A DNA stretch of 33,285 nt from Promethearchaeia archaeon (GTDB lineage Archaea > Asgardarchaeota > Lokiarchaeia > Sigyniarchaeales > SOKP01), in assembly GCA_029856105.1 (NCBI GenBank), contig JAHQWH010000107.1, positions 1-33,285 on the forward strand, written 5' to 3'. The notes below the pieces were generated by a model, which saw only the letters and a list, made by a program, of their open reading frames with translations, was not told the origin of the DNA and searched no databases. Made by a program: the position numbers and the translations under genes. Below are positions 27,722 through 33,285 of the stretch, piece after piece (positions within the stretch are counted from its first letter, which is position 1; each line of letters opens with the position of its first letter).

Positions 27722-29073
27722 GTTTAATTGCTGACGAAATAATAACATTTAGCTCCGTACTAAGAATTGCTTACAATTTTTTAGCTGGTCGTAATGATTT
27801 AAAAAGGAAAAAGTTCCGAGAGAAAAAAAAATTAGTTGGAGTATCCTTACCATTTTCAGATCTAGCTTTCGCGGCAGATACTGTACCTGTATTTCCTATA
27901 AGGATGCACACTTTTGAAATAAGTAATTATCTCGCGTATTTAGGTTCTGCGTCTAGTATTTTAGGCTGGAATAATGTTTCTAACATTTTAAGTTTTGTTA
28001 AAAAACTTGGAATATCAGAAATCAGTAAAATTGTTGATGATATTATTGAAGATGTAATTGACACGATTAATAAAAAATACAACGAGATGTATGATATTGC
28101 AATTGAGAATGGCACCTCAAGCGACTTCTGTTATGGTTTAAAGGGTTTAACTGGTATGCATTTTTCCAAAGGTCGCAATTTAGACGCGTGTCTTAACCTT
28201 ACGATTCGATGTAGCGCTTTTAATAAATATATGGAATCCCTAAAATGTATTAATCAAGATCCCAAGCAAATTTGGATCGATATTCCCCCAAGAAATATTG
28301 GAAATGCTTTAGAAATTTTAACTGATAATATAACAAACGCCATAAGAGAATTTAAGAATTTGACTGGCAATACGATAACAGATAATCAATTGAGAGAGCA
28401 TTTTAAAATTAGTAATCAAGTAAAAAAATCATATAAAACAATAATTTACGATATTAGCACTTCTGATTTTTATCCGTGCAATCCAGCAACATTTAGCGAA
28501 ATTATGTCTTTAATGAATATTACCTTTAATGATTATAACTCTAATTCGATACGATACAGGGATAATTTAGCATCGCTAGTAAAAGAAATGCGGGAAAGAA
28601 TAAGAAAGGGAATTGGAATGGACGTGTCTAAAATGCCACGTATTTTTGTAACGCCCATATTCGGAGGATGGGAACCAAAAACCCACGATATTATATATGA
28701 ATTAGGCGGGAGAGCGATTTATGCTGACTGGGAAATATTAAAATTATTAGAGGAAATACCCGTAGCTAATCATTTAAATCCTTTTGAAGAATACGCTCGA
28801 TTTCTTTTAAATGCAACAGAATCAGGGATTGGTTGCGATAACGACACTTTAACTGACTCATATTTGAGAGTGGCTAAAAAATTAAATGCTGATGGTCTTA
28901 TATTTATTCAATTGTTTGGATGTCATTCTATTTCAAATTGTTATACAATGCTGAGAGAGAAAGTGCGTCGAGAACTTGAAATTCCCACAACAGCAATCAC
29001 ATTTAATAAAATTGGCGAAAATGTCGAACAGGTCAAAACTAGGCTCGGGGCTTTCATGGAAATGTTCAAATAA
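27718..29073 (+). CDS. 2-hydroxyacyl-CoA dehydratase family subunit (HgdA/FldB/BcrB-like)
   Basis: ATGA overlap with the previous gene; SDFC, IRC and FGCH cysteines; QVKTRLGAFMEM terminus. Confidence 0.85.
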   Translation: MSLIADEIITFSSVLRIAYNFLAGRNDLKRKKFREKKKLVGVSLPFSDLAFAADTVPVFPIRMHTFEISNYLAYLGSASSILGWNNVSNILSFVKKLGISEISKIVDDIIEDVIDTINKKYNEMYDIAIENGTSSDFCYGLKGLTGMHFSKGRNLDACLNLTIRCSAFNKYMESLKCINQDPKQIWIDIPPRNIGNALEILTDNITNAIREFKNLTGNTITDNQLREHFKISNQVKKSYKTIIYDISTSDFYPCNPATFSEIMSLMNITFNDYNSNSIRYRDNLASLVKEMRERIRKGIGMDVSKMPRIFVTPIFGGWEPKTHDIIYELGGRAIYADWEILKLLEEIPVANHLNPFEEYARFLLNATESGIGCDNDTLTDSYLRVAKKLNADGLIFIQLFGCHSISNCYTMLREKVRRELEIPTTAITFNKIGENVEQVKTRLGAFMEMFK

Positions 29074-29075
29074 TT
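28669..29075 (+). repeat. ~400-bp direct repeat, copy 1 (copy 2 at 31272-31678)
   Basis: Long identical runs, e.g. TGGGAACCAAAAACCCACGATATTATATATGAA and GAAGAATACGCTCGATTTCTTTTAAATGCAACAGAATCAGGGATTGGTTG. Confidence 0.9.
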
Positions 29076-29098
29076 TTGAATAATTATGGAATAATACC

Positions 29099-30406
29099 TT
29101 AATATGTAGGTACCTCCTCTTTTACGATAGTAATACTTTTGTCTAATTTCTCATTATCCTTATTGATTTTTAGAATTTCCGTTGATTTAGAAACATCGAG
29201 TATAAAATGCCACTTATTTAAAAACTCACTATCCATTTTAACCATTTTATTTCTTTTCATTATTTCGCCATATTCGCTTTTTGCTGATTTTACCATATTA
29301 TTTTTAAATGAAGATGATGAATGCTCACTATTACCTATTCGCATAATATTTTCCAAATCATTTTGTTTTTGTGGTTTTGAATCCTCGTTTTCGTCAAAAT
29401 TATGCCACAATTCATTATTGAAAGGAGGTACTACCATTATAGGAATAATATAATCTACTTCTCTAACCAAATGGGTTCTCAAATAGTTTTTAATTTCTAG
29501 GTCATATCCAAATTGGGATACTAAAATTAATTGTGGAATGATAATATTACATTCATTTTTTTTATCATTCTTGAATTTCTCCGAAAACGACTTAATTTCA
29601 TTAACTAACTTCAATAAGTTCATATATTTAAATGGATTTGATGTTCTATTACAATAGATAAAAATAATCTCATAATCATAGGGATTAATATCTTCAGTAC
29701 CTTGAGTGTTGAGTGTTGATTTAGATTCTTTAGTAGTAATTATCAATAAATCTATTATCCTTTGAAAAATATCACTCTCTATTGCAAAATTATAATTACG
29801 ATACACTTTTGTGTCCTTTATATTGGTCTTAATTATATTATTTTCAATTAGTTCAATATAAGGAAAATAAATTTTATCCCATTCTTCCCACTTTCCATCA
29901 ATTTGGTTTATAGAAAAAGGAAATTTCATGATTTCATCTGAAAAATCAATTGTATGATATAAGTGCTTAACTATAACATTTAGCATCCTTGTTTCGAGCG
30001 AAAATATCTTCCTTTTTATTTGAGCTTTCTCTAATTGAATTTTAGAAAGTTCTGTAAATGTGTTGCAAAATTTATTTTTAACTCCCTCCTTTAATAATCG
30101 AATCAATTTTCCTTCAATTAGGTTTAAACAATTATGCGATTCTTGTTGTATATTTAATTCTTCAGCTAATGATTGAGTTCTGAACACTAAAATGGATATG
30201 CAGGTCCTCTCAAAATTATTATTTATTGAAGACTGAACCACTGAAATAAGACCTTTTTCACTATGACCTATAATTAATAGATAATCCTCAGAAATAATAG
30301 ATTTCTTAGAAATCTTGAATTGAGATTTAAAAATTTTTTGGATAGTTGAAGAAATCTGGTTTATCTTTATTAATTTCTCAATAATTTTTGTCCTTATTAT
30401 AATCAC
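29099..30406 (-). CDS. Hypothetical protein, possible degenerate PD-(D/E)XK (Mrr-like) fold in the C-terminal half
   Basis: 435-aa ORF in very AT-rich DNA, so likely real. IIDLLI...IIFIYCN...LILVSQFGYD echoes the Mrr-like pattern, without ExK. Confidence 0.55.
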   Translation of the reverse strand: MIIIRTKIIEKLIKINQISSTIQKIFKSQFKISKKSIISEDYLLIIGHSEKGLISVVQSSINNNFERTCISILVFRTQSLAEELNIQQESHNCLNLIEGKLIRLLKEGVKNKFCNTFTELSKIQLEKAQIKRKIFSLETRMLNVIVKHLYHTIDFSDEIMKFPFSINQIDGKWEEWDKIYFPYIELIENNIIKTNIKDTKVYRNYNFAIESDIFQRIIDLLIITTKESKSTLNTQGTEDINPYDYEIIFIYCNRTSNPFKYMNLLKLVNEIKSFSEKFKNDKKNECNIIIPQLILVSQFGYDLEIKNYLRTHLVREVDYIIPIMVVPPFNNELWHNFDENEDSKPQKQNDLENIMRIGNSEHSSSSFKNNMVKSAKSEYGEIMKRNKMVKMDSEFLNKWHFILDVSKSTEILKINKDNEKLDKSITIVKEEVPTY

Positions 30407-31097
30407 TCTCCTATTTTTTTCATTTTTTTTACGAAAATATCACATGAGAGTATTTGATTGCTAATTATACCTTAAGAAATTAGTCATATTATAATTAACA
30501 ATTTAGCTTTTTTCTATCGAAAAAAGACAAAATTAATTTGATACAAACAATGCCTTTCTTATTATTATTTAAGCCAAATTCCTAAAAATTTTACAGATGT
30601 GACAAAATCAAATACTCAATATATCTAATATATATAAAGGAGTGATGTTATTTAATTTTATGCATAAATATATAATTTTATAAATACAGAGAATTGAGAA
30701 TTAAATATTTTATAAGATTTCAATTAGTAAACTAATAATTTTAAAAATAAACCTTTTATTTAAAACTCCAAAACATTTTGTTATGATAATCATGCATTAA
30801 TTAAATAAAATAGTTTAATCCTTGAACTAATTCTGTAAAAAGTGTTGTACCTGTCGCAATACCAATACTTCCAGTTAAAAAAAATTTTGTGATTGTTCCT
30901 AAGACAAGTGTTATATTTCTTTATATTATACTTTTAATTCAACTATTTTTTCACTCGACTTTACTAGAGTCCATGATGATATAGTAATTTGAAACCTTAC
31001 AATTTAGCTCATAGTTTTTATTACATCTAAATAATTAGATTTGAATTGTAGTCCTAAAAAATTATTAATTTTAATAGCAACCTGAGATGATCTTAAA

Positions 31098-31676
31098 ACG
31101 AGTTTATTCGCTGATGACGTTGTAAGTTTCACATCTGTTCTTAAAATGGCTTATAACTTTTTAACAGGTAGAAGTCAATTAGTTAAAGAAATGAGAGAAA
31201 GGATCAAAAAAGGTATAGGAATAGATGTTTCTCAAATGCCAAGGGTGTTATTTGCCCCAATGTACCAAGGGTGGGAACCAAAAACCCACGATATTATATA
31301 TGAACTAGATGGGAGAGCGATTTATGCTGACTGGGAGATATTAAAATTTTTAGAGGACATACTCGCATCAAATCATTTAAGTCCTGCCGAAGAATACGCT
31401 CGATTTCTTTTAAATGCAACAGAATCAGGGATTGGTTGTGATAACGACACATTAACGGACTCATATTTGAGAGTGGCTAAAAATTTAAATGCTGATGGTC
31501 TTTTATTTTTTCAATTGTTTGGATGTCACTCTATTTCAAATTTTTATACAATGCTAAGAGAAAAGGTACGCCGAGAACTCGAAATACCAACAACTGCAAT
31601 TACTTTTAATAAAATTGGAGAAAATATCGTACAAATGAAGCCAAGGCTCGGGGCTTTCATGGAAATGTTTAAATAA
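31098..31676 (+). pseudogene. Internally deleted copy of the 27718-29073 dehydratase subunit (192 codons)
   Basis: From ACG 31098: TSLFADDVVSFTSVLKMAYNFLTGRSQL|VKEMRER aligns to MSLIADEIITFSSVLRIAYNFLAGRNDL...LVKEMRER with 259 codons missing in frame. Confidence 0.8.
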
Positions 31677-31678
31677 TT
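31272..31678 (+). repeat. ~400-bp direct repeat, copy 2
   Basis: See copy 1 at 28669-29075. Confidence 0.9.
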
Positions 31679-31758
31679 AAAAAATAAAGATTTTAGATAT
31701 AGCTACTTAATTTGGAAGAAACTAAAGTTTCATAATATCATCATAAAGTAAAACAAAT

Positions 31759-32865
31759 TTAAGTACTGATTTGTGCTTTTGAACTTTTCTTTACTTCAAA
31801 CTTATCTTCTCCTTTGATCTGTTTCGTTATATAGTTAGCTAAATTTAAGTTCAAAATACTTCTTCCCTCTTTTTTAAAATCAATTCCACATAAAATCGAA
31901 GATAAATTTATGATAGAATCAATTATAGGTGTAGAAATTTCTAAGAATTCTCCTAATGACGCCATAGGTACAAGTCCTGTTGGAACATCTTCAGTGAAAT
32001 ATCTAGTTATTAATTCTTTTGGAGCATTAATATTTTTGTATACTTTTATTTTTTTTATAGCTTTATAGATACTGTTTGCTTTAAATCCATAAGATTTCTC
32101 CACCCATTCACAAAAATTTATTTGTCTTAAATTTAACTTTTCAAAAATCTTTCTGAATTCCATTTGAAGAGTTTCAAGAATTTCACAAGTATGTGGAGAT
32201 GCCCCTTGTGCATAAAATTTGAACTTTCTTCCATAATCTATAGCACTAGCATTCAATAATGAGAGAGTTGGATGCAACAACATCCCCATATTATTTAATG
32301 TAACTTGCAGATAATTATCACTAGGATTCATTTGGGGGAAAACATCTCTCAAAGTATCACTAATGAAAAATGTATCCTTTTCTGGAAAAGCCGAAAAATT
32401 AACAGAATCCTTAATTGTAAGAATTTGAACCTCATTTTTTTTCAATTGTCTTGATGTAAAAAGTAATGTTTGGGTTTCAGCAATAAAAATAGGGAGATTC
32501 CCTCTTTCCTTTTCTATTATACTTCTAAACTCTACAGCTCCAAAAGTTCTACCGGGATTCAACAATATTATATGATCGCTTGTTAAAAAATGTGCAATGT
32601 TTTTTGCAATACTTTTATGTGCTGAAGCAGGAGTTACTATTAAAATAATATCTACATCCTTAACTGCCAAATTTAGATTTTGTGTAATCAGATCAATTGG
32701 GAAAAAGCCTTTTAACTTCCCTTTTACTTTTATTCCCCCTTTCTTTCTAATATCACAAATTCTAGAATATGAACGGTTATAAAGGTTCACATAATGTCCT
32801 TTTGATGATAAATATGCCGCAAACGCTCGTCCACCATTTCCGGCTCCAATAACGCAGAATCTCAT
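31759..32865 (-). CDS. NAD/NADP octopine/nopaline (opine) dehydrogenase family protein
   Basis: VIGAGNGG Rossmann motif, LNPGRTFGA, AETQTL, LNNMGMLLHP, RYFTEDVPTGLVP, GIDFKKEGR. Confidence 0.9.
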   Translation of the reverse strand: MRFCVIGAGNGGRAFAAYLSSKGHYVNLYNRSYSRICDIRKKGGIKVKGKLKGFFPIDLITQNLNLAVKDVDIILIVTPASAHKSIAKNIAHFLTSDHIILLNPGRTFGAVEFRSIIEKERGNLPIFIAETQTLLFTSRQLKKNEVQILTIKDSVNFSAFPEKDTFFISDTLRDVFPQMNPSDNYLQVTLNNMGMLLHPTLSLLNASAIDYGRKFKFYAQGASPHTCEILETLQMEFRKIFEKLNLRQINFCEWVEKSYGFKANSIYKAIKKIKVYKNINAPKELITRYFTEDVPTGLVPMASLGEFLEISTPIIDSIINLSSILCGIDFKKEGRSILNLNLANYITKQIKGEDKFEVKKSSKAQIST

Positions 32866-33284
32866 TCATCCATCACCTTTGTGATGGATTTTTCTTTTTG
32901 CTGTAATGAATCAGAAATATTTTTAAATGGGCTATTAAAAATAATGTCTTTTATTCTTTCAATTTCATCGTAAATTTTTTGCTGAGATTCATTCCATGAA
33001 TAGCAAGCACCATTAATTATTTTGGTTTTAATTTTACCTAACGCAAATTTATTATTTTTCAAATGTGGAGCATCAAATATACCATATTTTACGAGTCGAT
33101 TTAAGACTTCATAATTGGTATATGGACTTTTCGATTCATCTTCATTTTTTGTTAAATATGGTATTAAGTCAACTATCCATTTGGCTTGTCTTATTAATTC
33201 TTCTTTCCTTTCCTCAATTTTTTTATCTATAATGTTAATTTTACTGGAATAAACTTTATCTATAACTTGATCCACAATTTTACA
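32862..33284 (-). CDS. C-terminal part of a larger protein (runs off the window); resembles uncharacterised cobalamin-binding proteins found next to opine dehydrogenases
   Basis: The frame is open to the window edge (CKIVDQVI...) and overlaps the opine dehydrogenase by ATGA. The motif LVKYGIFDAPHLKNNKFALGKIKTKIINGACY is recognised from memory only; no B12 motif is visible in this fragment. Confidence 0.45.
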   Translation of the reverse strand, partial: CKIVDQVIDKVYSSKINIIDKKIEERKEELIRQAKWIVDLIPYLTKNEDESKSPYTNYEVLNRLVKYGIFDAPHLKNNKFALGKIKTKIINGACYSWNESQQKIYDEIERIKDIIFNSPFKNISDSLQQKEKSITKVMDE

Positions 33285-33285
33285 A

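Noticed and set aside
30407-31097. CRISPR array, tRNA or structured ncRNA in the 690-bp intergenic region; 17-codon ORF at 30645 after GGAG
   Set aside because: No periodic repeats or GC-rich stems; the micro-ORF has no support beyond a chance SD-like motif.
24455-32782. Remaining short track ORFs (24455, 25254, 25829, 26125, 27927, 29139, 32597)
   Set aside because: All lie antisense within well-supported genes.
11500-32864. TGA codons as possible selenocysteine (11500, 27719, 32862)
   Set aside because: All fall at natural protein ends or ATGA overlaps; no conserved downstream extension.

Overview
Very AT-rich archaeal DNA, most consistent with an Asgard archaeon (Lokiarchaeia-like); this is inferred from gene content, the A/V-type ATPase style, GGTG-type Shine-Dalgarno motifs and a roadblock-domain gene. 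(1) 1-8886 is a compositionally distinct, CG-richer island. It holds a partial roadblock/LC7 gene missed by the ORF track, two back-to-back fragments of giant protein(s) that both lack a natural start, and a small CxxC zinc protein. One fragment is membrane-anchored with a LamG domain and nested insertions; the other has hydrophobic helices, an AT-rich swapped-looking region and a C-terminal HNH-like motif. Together these resemble a giant polymorphic toxin/immunity locus, with two rearrangement or assembly junctions (~186-209 and ~4050-4083). (2) 8944-33285 is host backbone: an intact and a degenerate MEMO1 paralogue, tRNA splicing endonuclease, and a complete A/V-type ATPase operon (K-C-G/H-F-E-A-B-D-I) extended by a membrane-anchored double-zinc-ribbon protein and a SECOND A subunit whose GERGNE motif is GEPGNE. 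Next come a DUF47/PhoU-like gene, two VIT1/CCC1-like transporters, a 2-hydroxyacyl-CoA dehydratase (activator plus two subunits plus an internally deleted copy), an opine dehydrogenase and a partial upstream gene. Several genes appear to start at non-canonical codons (ACG, ATT). No rRNA, tRNA, CRISPR array, transposase or integrase was recognised.
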